Origin: Okamejei kenojei
Taxonomy: Eukaryota
Length of the DNA: 42,085 bases
NCBI GenBank assembly: GCA_035221665.1
Contig: CM069169.1
Span: forward strand, 9,693,916-9,736,000
Direction: 5' to 3'
Part shown: positions 10,403-22,850 of the stretch, piece after piece
Position numbering within the stretch: the first letter of the stretch is position 1
Layout: each line of letters opens with the position of its first letter
Position numbers and translations under genes: made by a program
Notes under the pieces: model-generated
Database searches by the model: none
Told to the model about the DNA's origin: nothing
What the model saw: the letters and a program-made list of their open reading frames with translations, nothing else

Positions 10403-11630
10403 CTAGGCTGCTCTCATTCAACTTTGTATAACGTGAGGTTTCTTAGGAGCGTAACCATCACGTTCTAGCAGAACCGCCTGTACTCCTTCCAATGTTATAT
10501 ATTAATAGAGATATTTCTGAGTAAAGAAAATGAACTCGTTCATGGCTGCATCAAAAGATGGAGGAGGTATATTTGTCATGTTAAATATGCATTTGCAGCG
10601 TAATTGACTTTGTGGTCCGAACTTTGTGTCCAAACTAATAAATACCTGAGACGTGAAAAGTAAATGTTAGTAATTTTTCTGTTAACGTTTCATTTATTTG
10701 TTAGTACTAACGCTGGTTTCCACTTGCGATTGATAAGAATTATCATCGGGCGCGGGGATTTTGCTGTGTAAACCCACGAGTACAGTTTGAAAGGTCAATC
10801 CTCACTTGGCTTTCACGTGGTTTTAAAAAGAATTAAACTGAATTCTTTTAGTGTGTATATTAGAGAGTCTTTGAAACCATTTGAACATTTTGTCTGCAGG
10901 GGAATATCGGATTCCTTAACTGGTCTTTTGTAGTACAATAGCTGTTGTGTATTTAAGGATTGAAGCAGTTTGTTTAGGTGTGAGGTCTTGCGTTTATTTG
11001 AGTCAAGGGAATGGAGAGGTTTTGTTTAACCAGTGTAGTGGAGTGCATGTCTGAACTGCACTACTGTAAAACATTCTTACGATTTTTAGAAAAATCACTA
11101 TTGGAAGCCTTGCTTTCCATTAGAACTTCTCTCTTGATGCTTGTGATGCCCTGTTATCAGATCCAGGCTTCCACTGGGAATGTTCCTCCTTTCACTTGAA
11201 CTGAAAAGTGCTGTTAAATTGGAATCTAGTTTCAGTGGTTTATTATCACATGTACCAAGGTACAGTGAAAAGCTTTTTTTTGGCTTACAGATCAGCAAGA
11301 CTATCACCTTACGTAAGCACAATTCCCCCACAGAATGTACAGAACAGCCCACTGAGTCCATATGCAGGAGTCATCATTTTGGCGCCATTTTACAGTCCCA
11401 GATGTATCTGTCCACAAAGTCCTGTTGCAGCCACCACCTCCGTTCTGGTCGTCTGATGAACTGTCGTCCCTCTCCTTGCACGGCCCTCTTCAGCCCATGT
11501 TCCCCGGGGAGAGGGATGTCACCCTCAGCTGATCTTGAGGACGTGCAAGGTAAGAACCACTGGTTCTTCTAAATGCACCTTTTGTCAATGCATCAATGGA
11601 GTTAACCCCGCCAGTGAAAGGAATATATAG

Positions 11631-11774
11631 GAAAGAACTGCAGGTGCTGGTTTCAATCAAAGGTAGACACAAACTGCTGGAGTAACTCAGCGGGACAGGC
11701 GGCATCTCTGGAGAGAAGGAATGGGTGACGTTTTGGGTGGAGATCCTTTTTCAGACCCTTCTTCATATATTCAT
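11631..11774 (-). mobile_element. PLE terminal fragment
   Basis: TSD aaggaatatatag (11618-11630 / 11775-11787). Confidence 0.8.
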
Positions 11775-12140
11775 AAGGAATATATAGTTATAGGAATGTG
11801 TCTTAATGGAATTTGTAATATTGTATGTAGTACAACCTCTGGAGAGGGTTAGGAGGAAAGAAAAGGAATTAAATATTTGTGCATTGCAGCAGCTATTTTG
11901 TGCTGTTGCTACCAGCCCAGTCCCTTCTCCTCCACCACCTCCTCCTCCTCTACCACCACCTTCACCTCCTCTCAACCTCAAATGGAAACATTCAATCAGG
12001 TCACGCAGAAATACAATGTAAAACCATGGAAAGGAGACGGGAGTAAAATATAATGTCAATTAATTACAGCAGCATCAAATCATTTGATCGTTCATTAATG
12101 TTGGACAATTCTAACAATGCCATTTTGGATGTGATACCAT

Positions 12141-12622
12141 GATCAAGACAAGACAAGAGAGTTTATTGTCGTGTGTCCCTGACAGGACAATGACATTCTT
12201 GCGTTGCTTCAGCACAACAGAACATAGCAGGCATTGACTACAAAACAGATCAGTGTGTCCATATACCATTATATTCGTAAATACACACATGAATAAATAA
12301 ACTGATAAAGTGCAAATAACAGATAAAGGGGTATTAATGTTCAGAGTTTTGTCCGAGCCAAGTTTAATAGCCTGATGGCGGTGAGGAAGTAGCTATTCCT
12401 GAACCTGGTCGTCGCAGTCTTCAGGCTCCTGTACCTTCTACCTGAAGGTAGCAGGGAGATGAGTGTGTGGCCAGGATGGTGTGGGTCCTTACTGATATTG
12501 CCAGCCTTTTTGAGGCAGCGACTGCGATAGATCCCCTTGATAGAAGGGAGGTCAGAGCTGATGATGGACTGGGCAGTGTTTACTACTTTTTGTAGTCTTT
12601 TCCTCTCCAGGGCGAGAGCAGT
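12141..12622 (-). mobile_element. Rex1/Babar-type LINE 3' end
   Basis: RKRLQKVVNTAQSII...DPHHPGHTLISLLPSGRRYRSLKTATTRFRNSYFLTAIRLLN; (cttgt)n tail. Confidence 0.9.
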
Positions 12623-13148
12623 ATTGGGAACGGATATTCCAAACACACTTTCTCTCAGCAGTTTTTTTTCCCCTTCCCCTGTTTTGTTCTCCCAGAGGTT
12701 ATACAGGAGAATAGTTCCAGGAGTCCCAGAAGCATCCATCTCGTATTGGAATTTGCATCCTTGTGATCATGTTGTGCTGTGAATGCTGATTTTCTCTGGA
12801 AATTAGAGTCCAATAGGTGAAGAGGAAAATAAATTCATCTCACAGCTGTGGTCTTGTTATCGCTGATTATGCAAATATCACCAATTGCCGTGATGACATT
12901 GGCAAGGAAGTTCTGATGTTTTTCCACAAGGAAACAAGTGGAATTATGAATGATCAAATCATGCTCAAAAAGGTGGGTGTTGGAGATAGGAAAGTGAAAG
13001 GATCATGAGATTCTAGAATAAAATTCACAAATTATAGTCTCAAACTGGGGCAAGGAGTGTAATAGACTTGGGAACATTTTGTTTTGGAAGGCTATTGGTC
13101 TGGAGGAGGCTGTAGAGAGTTAAATGTGAGCGTTTTAAAGGCTGATAA

Positions 13149-13430
13149 GTGGCACAGCGGTAGAGCTGCTGCCTTACAGCATCAGAGATCTGGGTTTGAT
13201 CCAGGCTACTGGTGCTGTCTGTATGATATTTGTACGTTCTCCCTGTGGCTGTGTGGGTTTTCTCCGGGTACTCCAGTTTCCTCCACACTACAAAGACGTA
13301 CAGGTTTGTAGGTTAATTGGCCTTGATAAAAATTGTAAAACGTGTATAGGATAGTGCACGCATCGCTGAGTCGGCACGGACTCGGAGGGGCCGAAGGGCC
13401 TGTTTCCACGCTGTATTGCTAAAGTCTAAA
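13149..13430 (+). mobile_element. HE1/V-SINE-type SINE
   Basis: tggcacagcgg A box; tail gggccgaagggcctgtttccacgctgta. Confidence 0.85.
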
Positions 13431-13478
13431 TGAAAGGATTTTAAACAAAAATGTGAGAATTCTAGATTTGGAACTTAA

Positions 13479-13784
13479 AGGGCCTGTCCCACTTTCCCGA
13501 GTTATTCACGAATTCTCCCGAGTCCGTGGATATATCGTAGAGGCTGGTTATGCTAGCCGTAGGTAATCGGGGCATCGGGTAAGTCGGGACATTTTTTTCC
13601 AGCCTGATTTTTTTTTAAATGTCCGCGAGTAAAAAAAATAGCCCCGAGTACCTAGGCTGGCTTACCGAGCCGCTACGATATATCCACGGACTCCTACGGC
13701 CTCGTTACGAACATTCTGCGAGTTTGAATCAAGGGGAAAGCTCGGGAGAATTCGTGAATAACTCGGGAAAGTGGGACAGGCCCT
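13479..13784. mobile_element. PIF/Harbinger-type MITE
   Basis: ~44-bp perfect TIR agggcctgtcccactttcccgagttattcacgaattctcccgag; TAA TSD; no coding capacity. Confidence 0.85.
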
Positions 13785-14129
13785 TAAGGGATCTAGAAAC
13801 AATATGTTGCAAGGTGAGATTGATGGAGTGAAACTTGGGATGAGAGGGAAAGGCTGAAATTGTTAAGATGCGCAAAAGCACATTGAGAATAAGGGATGAA
13901 AGGCAGACCAACAAGGTTGTAGCCTGCAGATGCCAGCAGTCTCCTGGAAGCATCCGTGTAATCTAGGAGTGCTACAGCAGCAGGCATGGCCTTTCTCCTT
14001 TTATGCGATTATATAGCTTAAAGGCTTCACGTGAGGTCAAATTACAAGCAATTTTGCAAACTGAGCTGGCTAAGACTTGGATGTACGGATCAGATTCAGA
14101 AACCCTGCCAAAAATCCCAACTTTTCCTG

Positions 14130-14557
14130 AGCAAGATTGAAAGGACTAGGCTTGTACTCGAGTTTAGAAGGATGAGGGGGATCTTATAGAAACATATAAA
14201 ATTATAAAAGGACTGGACAAGCTGGATGCAGGAAAAATGTTCCCAATGTTGGACGAGTCCAGAACCAGGGGCCAAAGTCTGAGAATAAAGGGGAAGCCAT
14301 TTAAGACTGAGGTGAGAAAAAACGTTTTCACCCAGAGAGTGGAATTTGTGGAATTCCCTGCCACAGAGGGTAGTGGAGGCCAAATCACTGGATGGATTTA
14401 AGCGAGAGTGAGATAGAGCTCGAGGGGCTAGTGGAATCAAGGGATATGGGGAGAAGGCAGGCATGGGTTATTGATTGGGGACGATCAACCATGATTGCAA
14501 TGAATGGCGGTGCTGGGTCGAAGGGCTGAATGGCCTCCTTGATATTTCTATGTTTCT
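14130..14557 (+). mobile_element. CR1 LINE 3' end
   Basis: FRRMRGDLIETYKIIKGLDKLDAGKMFP; ttctatgtttcta tail. Confidence 0.9.
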
Positions 14558-15391
14558 AATTGGCTGTTGTGCCTAACAGATGGACTTTTTTTGCAATACA
14601 AATAAACTCAAATTTATTAAAGAATGTGCAATTTCTAGAAATGTAAAAATGGTTGAAATGTGGGTGCCTTCACTGCTGAAGGTGCTCCACGGATTTTCTT
14701 GTTCCTTTCCGTTCCCCTGTTTCTTGGCCTTCCCCTTGCCTGTCTTTTAATTTTCTTCCCACTCATTTAATTTTCTTTTATGCAAGCTGCCAAATAGGAA
14801 AACTACTGGACTCCGAAAGCCTCGAATCAGCGGAATCTTTCTTCATCATTTTTCTGAACATGAACTGTCGTCCGTCATTAAGTTGAGTTCTTTCAGCAAG
14901 AATTTAAAAAAGAACATCCAGTTTGTTGATAAATGAGCTATCCTTTTGGTTGGTTAGATTAATGAAGCCAGCAAAAAAACTTCAACCACTGGCACAGTGT
15001 TTGTACAGTCCATCGAGCGTCAGTGAGAACTAAACAAAGCAAATAATCTATGTATTGCACCACTGACTTGCACGAAACAAAAGCCTTGATGTGTCCACTG
15101 AGTTTTCTCTATCTTGTGCCTCTACTTAAAATCACATTTGGCATGGTACTAATTCCCCTAAGAGCAAGATAGTTACAACTTCCAGTGTGAGGAATTGGAA
15201 TGAGGGAAGTTATCATGACATAGGCTGAGTGGAACCGATAGTTTGACCAGGGATGTTTGCCATAACCTCCCCTTCCCCCCCCCCAAATAGATATTTTCAT
15301 TCCAAATCATTTTATATCATAAATGTAATGAGGCAAGAAGTCAATAAATTAAAATGTGAGTTCTGCAACTCAATACCATTTTGCAAAAGAA

Positions 15392-15618
15392 TAGCAACAC
15401 AAAGTGCTGGAGTAACACAGCGGTCTGGTAGCATCTCTGGGGAAAAAAGGACAACGGGATGTTTTGAGTAGGGACCCAAAGTCGTCTGAAGAAGGGTCCT
15501 GACTCGAAACGTCGCCCATCCTTTTTCTCCAGAGATACTGCCTGCACTTGCTTGAGTTACTCCAGCACTTTGTGTCTAGCTTCAGTATAAACCAGCATCT
15601 GCAGTTCCTTTCTACACA
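15392..15618. mobile_element. PLE inverted terminal pair
   Basis: acacaaagtgctggagtaac arms; ctgaagaagggtcctgactcgaaacgtc. Confidence 0.8.
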
Positions 15619-15808
15619 TTCTGTAAAATGCAGGAATGGTAAATCTTGCAGAATTTTGTTTCATCATTCACATTCACTGGCGATCTCTGGAACTCGAGGT
15701 TGCCCTTGAGGGGAAGCTTTAATGGAGATGTGTGGGACAAGTTTTTTGTTTTTTTTACACACAGTGATGGGATCCTGGAAAGCATTGCCTGGGATGGTGG
15801 TGGAGGCA

Positions 15809-15831
15809 GGTGTGTGTGTGTGTGTGTGTGT
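15809..15831. repeat. (GT)n microsatellite after a short CR1 fragment (~15705-15808)
   Basis: gtgtgtgtgtgtgtgtgtgtgt. Confidence 0.9.
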
Positions 15832-15875
15832 TGATTTTAATAAGCAAAGTACAAAAGGATTGTGAATAAGTTGAA

Positions 15876-15960
15876 GTCTGAAGAAACGTCACCCATTCCT
15901 TCTCTCCAGCGATGCTGCCTGTCCCGCTGAGTTACTCCAGCATTTTGTGTCTACCTTTGA
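15876..15960 (+). mobile_element. PLE terminal fragment with hammerhead stem II deleted
   Basis: agtctgaagaaacgtcacccattccttctctcc. Confidence 0.75.
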
Positions 15961-16509
15961 TGTAGGTGATGTATGTGTGGCCCCCATGTTAAGAAGGGAA
16001 TGGAGGCCACATTGGTGATTTGTTCGTAATACGAAGCTACATCGTCTGCACATATACGTCACAAAATACGAGTTGTAAAGCAAAATATGTTTATAGATAC
16101 TTTATCACAAATTATTTAATGAATTTTTGTGAAATTGCCGTAATTTGAACAGCCATAATGCGGTGGTCACTTACAGTTAAATATGAGGTGGCTGGAAGCT
16201 GGTGCGTGCAATAATTGGGGGAAATGAAATGCAGCTATGTACATGTGCATACAATTGGATGTTTGAGTTTTGTTGGGACATTCAGTTCCTGGAGTTCAGG
16301 GCCTGGAATGTTTATCTAGTACGTTCCAAGAGAAACAACCCTGTGTGAACGACCTTTTGGTTACCATAGTGATCGGAGTTCAAGGGACACTGGAGGTCCT
16401 TGCACTGCGCAGCATTGACGCCTGAAATTGTCCATGAAAATGTCCGATCACCAGACTGCTGTAAGATGTTTGCGTGTGACTTGTACTTGAGAGGATTAAG
16501 AATTTGCTG

Positions 16510-16719
16510 GGTACACAAAAGGCTGGAGAAACTCAGCGGGTGCAGCAGCATCTAAGGAGCGAAGGAGATAGGCGACGTTTCGGGTCGAGACCCTTCTCCA
16601 GTCTGAAGAAGAAACGTTGCCTATCTCCTTCGGTCCTTAGATGCTGCTGCACCCGCTGAGTTTCTCCAGCCTTTTGTGTACCCTCGATTCTCCAGCATCT
16701 GCAGTTCCTTCTTTAAAAC
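16510..16719. mobile_element. PLE inverted terminal pair (young)
   Basis: ~70-bp near-perfect arms; TSD attaagaatttgctg (16495-16509 / 16720-16734). Confidence 0.85.
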
Positions 16720-16803
16720 ATTAAGAATTTGCTGTCTAGCCAGAAGTGTGACGATGGCGATCTAGTTTTGGGTACAGACATTGATTGTTGCACATAGTAT
16801 TAA

Positions 16804-17064
16804 AGGCCCTGTCCCACGAGTTTACCCAAGAGCTCTCCCGAGTTTAAAAAAAAATCTAACTCGTGGTAAGTACGTAGCGGGTACGTCGGAGCTCGTAATG
16901 CTAACGGCAGGTACTTGGGGAAACGCGGAAACTCGTGAAGTTTTTTTCAACAGTGTGAAAAATTTCCAAGAGTAAAAAAATACTCGTGATGAAGTACCAC
17001 GAGTTTAAATTTTTTTTTTACTCAGGAGAGCTCTTGGGTAAACTCGCATCGTGGGACAGGGGCT
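16804..17064. mobile_element. PIF/Harbinger-type MITE
   Basis: aggccctgtcccacgagtttacccaagagctctcc ... ggagagctcttgggtaaactcg..gtgggacaggggct; TAA/TTA flanks. Confidence 0.8.
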
Positions 17065-17109
17065 TTACTCTAAAGTAGTTGATCACATATACAAAATACT
17101 TGGTTTATA

Positions 17110-17200
17110 CAGATCCACCACCGATTTTCCGGCAATCTTGGTACCACAGCCTATCCGGATTATCCGTTTTGCCGGAACAACGGGATTCACGGCCTTGGGG
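17110..17200. mobile_element. Possible Tigger/mariner-like left end
   Basis: TA-CAG...ccgattttccggca...ccggattatccg; partner TIR not found. Confidence 0.3.
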
Positions 17201-17564
17201 TCCGTGATACCGACCCACAAGGTCGGCCATGGAAGTTGGCTGTGGGAAAGGATTGTGTTTGAAGTCCTCCGTAATATATATATATCTTGTTAAAGAAATG
17301 TGCTAATTGGTGATTCTTGTTTTAATAGTGCTAAATGTCTTACTTTAGCATAAAAGCACTAAGAAAATAAGGATCAACAATTAACACATTCCTTTAACAA
17401 GTTATTTTAACGAGTTAAAATGCACTGCGCCTAATACTTTCTTACAGGAGTGGCAATTTTATAGCGCAGAAGAATGGTGGTACTGTATTTGTATATCACC
17501 TTATGAGAAACGTCATCCTCAAGAAAACACAGCAGCAAAGTGTCCCGACCCAGTGAGCTCCTGG

Positions 17565-17882
17565 TTTAATTTAGTTTAGAGATCCAGGGTGGAAACAGGC
17601 CCTACGGCCCACTGAGTCCATGCCAATCAGCGATCCCCGCATGCCAACACTATCCCCTACACTACACACACTAGGGACAATTTACACTTGTACCAAGCCA
17701 ATTAGCCTACAAACCTGCACGTCTTTGGAATGTGGGGGGAAGCCGGAGATCCCGGAGAAAACTCACGCAGGTCACGGGGAGAACGTGCAAACTCCGTACA
17801 CGCCGCGCCCGTGGTCAGGATCGAACCCGGGGTCTCTGGCGCCGTAAGGCAGCAACTCTACCGCTGCGCCACCGTGCCGCCC
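17565..17882 (-). mobile_element. HE1/V-SINE-type SINE (young)
   Basis: gggcggcacggtggcgcagcggtagag...gggttcgatcc; (ctaaa)n tail. Confidence 0.9.
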
Positions 17883-18257
17883 TTTTTTTGTTGTTGCAAT
17901 GGGTGGCAAAGTGGCAAAAATAGTGGTCGAATGTGTATTTGATTGTGCACCATCTTTGTTGTAACTGTTTGGAACAATCCGAATAGATTTAGCACAAGAT
18001 CCACCTGGCAGACTGCTAATTAATGCTAGATCCCTGAATAAGTACATCTGATACGTTTCAGGTTTCAACCTGTAAAGTTGAGTTCATGTTTTGGGTCATT
18101 AAAACTTGGAAAGCCCTGTAATCCAAAACATTGTTGTATTAATTCTTAAGGACGTGACAAAGAGAGTGAATCTGTCTTCTTACCTGATACTACAGGCTCG
18201 TGTGTTAAGATAACGTGATATCTTAATAGATGATTTCGAACAATTTGCAATAAATAT

Positions 18258-18472
18258 GTGTAGGAAAGAACTGCAGATGCTGTTTTATACTAAAGATAGA
18301 TACAAAGTACTGGAATCAGCGGGCCAGGCAGCATTTCTGGAGGAAAAGGATGGATGACATTTCGGATCGGAACAGTCTGAAGAAGGATCCCGACCCAAAA
18401 TGTCGCCCATCCTTTTTCTGCAGAGATGCTGCCTGACCCGCTGAGTAACTCCAGCACTTTGTGTCTATCTTT
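18258..18472. mobile_element. PLE inverted terminal pair
   Basis: Same terminal sequence in both orientations. Confidence 0.8.
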
Positions 18473-19808
18473 TGCAAAGAATATGCCTCCGCTGCCTTTG
18501 GGTGCAAACTTGACATTGCGTGTAACTTTGCAAAGCTGGCGTACAGAGGGCCTACCTTTGACATTGTGAAAATATTTCAACCGTGTATTTGCAGTGCATC
18601 TTGTGTTATGCAAGATCAGCATTGGTTTCATGGCATTATCTTTGCACACATCACGCCAACCCTGCAGCCGCACGCGTAGTATTTTCACTTGCTCGCAATG
18701 CACCGGAACGAATAGATTCCTGAAATGAATGGAGCACAAGGTTGAAATGGTATCAGGCACAATAACTAAATAGTGCTTCTATTTTCCCCTTTAGTTTCAT
18801 ATATCGTAACTCACAAATGTTTGACGTCATCTTTTGTAATTAGCCATAATCAGCGAATTGTTCAAACTTTGATGTGGAAACTTAATGTCGCCTCTCATGT
18901 CTTTTGTGATTTAATGTTACCTGTAAATCAGTAGGAATTGTGGTTTTCCTTCTTGAATTGCTATCTAGACTTAAAATCCACCAAAGGTGCAATTAAAGTA
19001 CTTTATTACCCGTTTAACAGTTGAATTTGAGGATAAAACTTTATTTTTGCTTGTTTTATATCAAGGATACGAATTACAATATAAAAATCCAGTAGCAACT
19101 TGGTCGAATTTATTTTTGTAAAAGCTCATGTTACGGAATGGCTGCACTTCAAACAGCTGCGAATGTTTTTGAGTCTCTAAGGTCTTCAAATGCTGTGTGA
19201 ATACAAGTCATTTTTTCTTTGACCAAGATAATAGGAGTCTCCACTTCAAGTCTGTGACTTTTGAGGGGACAACTTGTAGACCAACAAGTATAATTGGACA
19301 AGAGTTCCAATAGTTCACAACTGCCTTCCACCAGAATTTTGGGTTCTGGTTATTGAACCAAGAATTGGTTATTTTCACGGGAGTTTCTTCTCAAGTCGCG
19401 ATTTGATAGAGCCATGGTTCCTTTCATGCAGATATGACTGCTTACCTTGTCACCTGTTACTAGGTTAGATGGGAGGAGAGGGGAAGGAACAAGAGGAGGG
19501 AAGAGTTACCTGAATTTGGAGAATTTAGTGTTCACGCCATTGGGTTGTGGGCCGCCCAGGTGAGTATGAGGTGTTGGAAGAACACATGAGATGGGGCAAC
19601 GTGTTCTGGTTCCGCGTGGTCCGGTAGCTTGTTGGGGTGATTGACGAAGCTCGCGATGGTGAGTTTAGGGAAAGGAAGGGAGCAGTCTGGGGGAAATACA
19701 TTTTAAATTGCTTTGCAAGTTGTTTCCCAGGTTGGAAAGTTCTTTGGGTGACATGAGATAAAATGGTGATCTTCGTGCAAGTCGTTCAACGCTTACTTTT
19801 TAAACGCC

Positions 19809-20087
19809 GTTTAGTTTAGAGATACAATGCGGAAACAGGCCCTTCAGCCCACAGAGTCCACGCCGATTTCCCCATACACTAGCACTATCCTACATACTAG
19901 GGACAATTTACAATTTTACCGAAACCAATTAGCCACCAAACCTGTGTTTGGAGCATGGGAGGAAACTGGAGCACCGGGAGAAAACCCTCGCGCTCATGGG
20001 GAGAATGTACAAACTCCATACACACAAAAAACCCGTGTCTCTGGTGCTGTAAGGCAGCAACTCTATCACTATGCCACCATGCTGCCC
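19809..20087 (-). mobile_element. HE1/V-SINE-type SINE with internal deletion
   Basis: Homology to the other copies. Confidence 0.8.
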
Positions 20088-20664
20088 AACATGTTTCCAT
20101 AACATGCCTGATACTTGGGTTTTTTTGTTCATCTTCCTTGTATGATATTCACCCTTATACAGTAAGAGGAATTATCCTTAGTTGCAGATGGACTTAAAGA
20201 TGCTAAATCTGTTTCTGTTTCCATTGGGCTGCTGAATACCGAAACTTGTTATTAAAACAGATTTCTCCAAAATTGTATTCACTTTTGTATTAGATTTTTT
20301 AAATCCTGTGAAGCTCTTTCCGCCCGCAGTGTACTTATCAAAATGAGTTTTGATTAGTGAATCAGAGTGAAGTCCGTTCAAATTTCAGTTTGTAAAATTG
20401 GAGATTGATGCCAGGCAGTTGCTGAATCAAAGATCTATTTGAGCCAAGATTATTTTCATCAAAAATCAAAATTCCACATTTTAATCTTGTACCTGGAATT
20501 AATACATTCTGACATTTGCATCTGATGCTAAAGTTATTTATATCAATTAATCTCTAATTTGGACAAATATAGTTTTCAATGGTAAGTTAGTGTTAAGGTT
20601 ATTATTTAACTCTAATTCTGTTACTAGATATAGTTTCAGCTAAAATACTTCTAAATTTGCAAAA

Positions 20665-20878
20665 TAACACAAATTGCTGGGGTATCTCAGCAGGTCAGGC
20701 AGCATAACTGGAGAATGTGGATAGGTGGTGTTTTGAGTCCTGACATGAAATGTCACCCATCCATGTCCCCCAGAAATGCTGCCTGACCTGCTGAGTTACT
20801 CCAGCAGGTCAGGCAGCATTTGCTTGAGTTACTTTGCGTACTTTTGTGTATTAACCAGCATCTGCAGTTCTTTGTTTT
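20665..20878. mobile_element. Older PLE inverted terminal pair with local duplication
   Basis: cagcaggtcaggcagcat twice forward and once inverted. Confidence 0.7.
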
Positions 20879-20943
20879 TAAGTAATTTGCACCTGATTTA
20901 ACAATTTCAGATCTTGATTACTCATCTTAAACAACAGTCTCTG

Positions 20944-21303
20944 CATCCTCTGGGCTTGAACATTGAATTTTCTCAATTCTGTTAACCCTTGCTGTCTCCT
21001 CCCCTTCCCACCTCTCCCTCAGCCCTCGGGCCCTGGCATTCCCTCTCTCTCTATCTCTCTCCCCCACCCTAGTCGCACTAGCTTCTCATTTTCACACTAC
21101 AAACAGCTCACAATGGCTTGTTCCCTTTATCATCGATACTTTTTTGCATATCTTTCATTCATTGTTCTTTATCTCTCCACATCACCGTCTATATCTCTCG
21201 TTTCCCTGACCAGTCTGAAGAAGGGTCTCGACCCGAAACGTCTCCTATCTCCTTCGCTCCTTAGATGCTGCTGCACCCGCTGAGTTTCTCCAGCCTTTTG
21301 TGT
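20944..21303 (+). mobile_element. PLE 3' fragment with intact hammerhead core
   Basis: HPLGLNIEF endonuclease C-terminus; ctgaagaagggtctcgacccgaaacgtc; TSD agtctctg (20936-20943 / 21304-21311). Confidence 0.8.
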
Positions 21304-21454
21304 AGTCTCTGTTGCTAATTATTTTCATGGGACGACAGGAAAATTTATTCTCAAGGCTAATTGAAAGTGATATGGTTCCTTTCATGCAGATATCTGCTTA
21401 CCTTATCACTGAGTCAGCTGTTACCAGGTTAGATGTGGGGAGAGAGGAAGGAAC

Positions 21455-21640
21455 AAGATTACCTGAATTTGGAGAATTTATAGTTGGCGTCATCGGGTTG
21501 CAGACCACCCAGGTGTGTATGAGGTACTGTCCCTCCAGTTTCCATTTGGCCTCGACCTGACGGGGGAGTTCGTATAATGCAGAAGGATCAGTGTAGGAAT
21601 GGGAAAGGGATTTAAAATGGCAGGCATCCGAGCAATGAGT
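21455..21640 (-). mobile_element. Old PLE endonuclease C-terminal fragment
   Basis: Diverged similarity to 2215-2400; related piece at ~19505-19575. Confidence 0.55.
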
Positions 21641-21934
21641 GCTTTAATACACAGACTCGGTGTGAAGCACTTGTTTAATGTCAAGGCTGGAAAAATCAGC
21701 AAGATTGCACTCCATTTATCTTAGTTAGGTCATCGTAACCAGGATATCAAGGACAGGAAAGGAAACAAGAAGGAGAAAATAAACTCTGACTGCAGGCTGG
21801 GTTTTAATGGGACGTAACAGCAAGGTGCACTGAATCCATACAGCATACCTGGCGATTAAAGATAGCTACCTGGCAATTGCAGATACCGCCTACCTGGCAA
21901 TTGGGAAATGGGCATGATTTAACCATGGGTAATG

Positions 21935-22065
21935 TTTAAGAAGGAACTGCAGATGCTGGAAAATGAAAGGTAGACAAAAACACTGGAGAAACTCAGCGTG
22001 TGAGGCAGCATCTATGGAGTGAAGGAAATGGGCAACGTTTCGGGCCCTTCTTTTGTCTACCTGTA
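21935..22065 (-). mobile_element. PLE terminal fragment
   Basis: TSD taaccatgggtaatg (21920-21934 / 22066-22080). Confidence 0.8.
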
Positions 22066-22154
22066 TAACCATGGGTAATGGTATTATTTCCCATTGCTGT
22101 ATCGTGCATATCAAAGTGTAATAAACATCAACTAAACATCAACTAAATGAACAA

Positions 22155-22530
22155 GGCTCTGGTATTTTTTTTTATATATTTTTTAAAAAAATTTTTTTAT
22201 TGTAAAGATGAGAGGATGGGGGCCTGGAGAATGGAATGCACGGAGCCGACGGAGAGTGTCTGAGGTTTGTCTTGAACATAGGTGGGGAGGGATTTAACAA
22301 AGGGGGATAGGATGGCGTCAAGATATGTAGAAATGTGTTCGGTGGGGCACGAACAGGCAGAGACAATGGGTCTGCCAGGGCAGTCGGGTTTGTGGATTTT
22401 GGGGAGAAGGTAAAAGGGGAGTGGAGAAGTTGAGACGGTTGAAGAAGGGTCTCGACCCGAAACGTCGCCTATCTCCTTCGCTCCTTAGATGCTGCTGCAC
22501 CCGCTGGGTTTCTCCAGCTTTTTGTGTAAC
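22155..22530. mobile_element. Composite PLE insertion: inverted RT fragment (~22200-22415, minus) joined to a plus-strand terminus
   Basis: FYLLPKIHKPDCPGRPIVSACSCPTEHISTYLDAILSPFVKSLPTYVQD; TSD caactaaatgaacaa (22140-22154 / 22531-22545). Confidence 0.85.
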
Positions 22531-22850
22531 CAACTAAATGAACAAATCCACTTGAAGAGTTTGCAGTACAATTTAGAGTACAATCCCAAGAAAGTGAGAT
22601 TTATTGCCTCTTAAACTAAAACTGTGTGACAGCAAGAGTAATTGCATTAAAATCTAAATAGAAGTGATCCAGCTAATCTCTTTCAGAACTGTACAAAGTT
22701 TTTGCGGTTAGTGTATGAGGAGTTTGCTGTGCGTCCAATGTGACCTGCGGCCTGTATGTTCACATGCTGATGTGTCAACTCCATTCCACAAAGGGTGATT
22801 GAGACAGTCAAATGAACTGCAACTCTTTGCCGAATGTGTTCTCTGTGCTA

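Noticed and set aside
11400-11556. Exon ending at a strong CAAG|GTAAGA donor
   Set aside because: No recognisable protein and no convincing acceptor; unsupported without RNA data.
17810-17882. tRNA gene
   Set aside because: The A/B boxes are the tRNA-derived head of a SINE and continue into the SINE body.
21846-21903. Three copies of tacctggc(a/g)att
   Set aside because: Short, irregularly spaced micro-duplication with no further structure.
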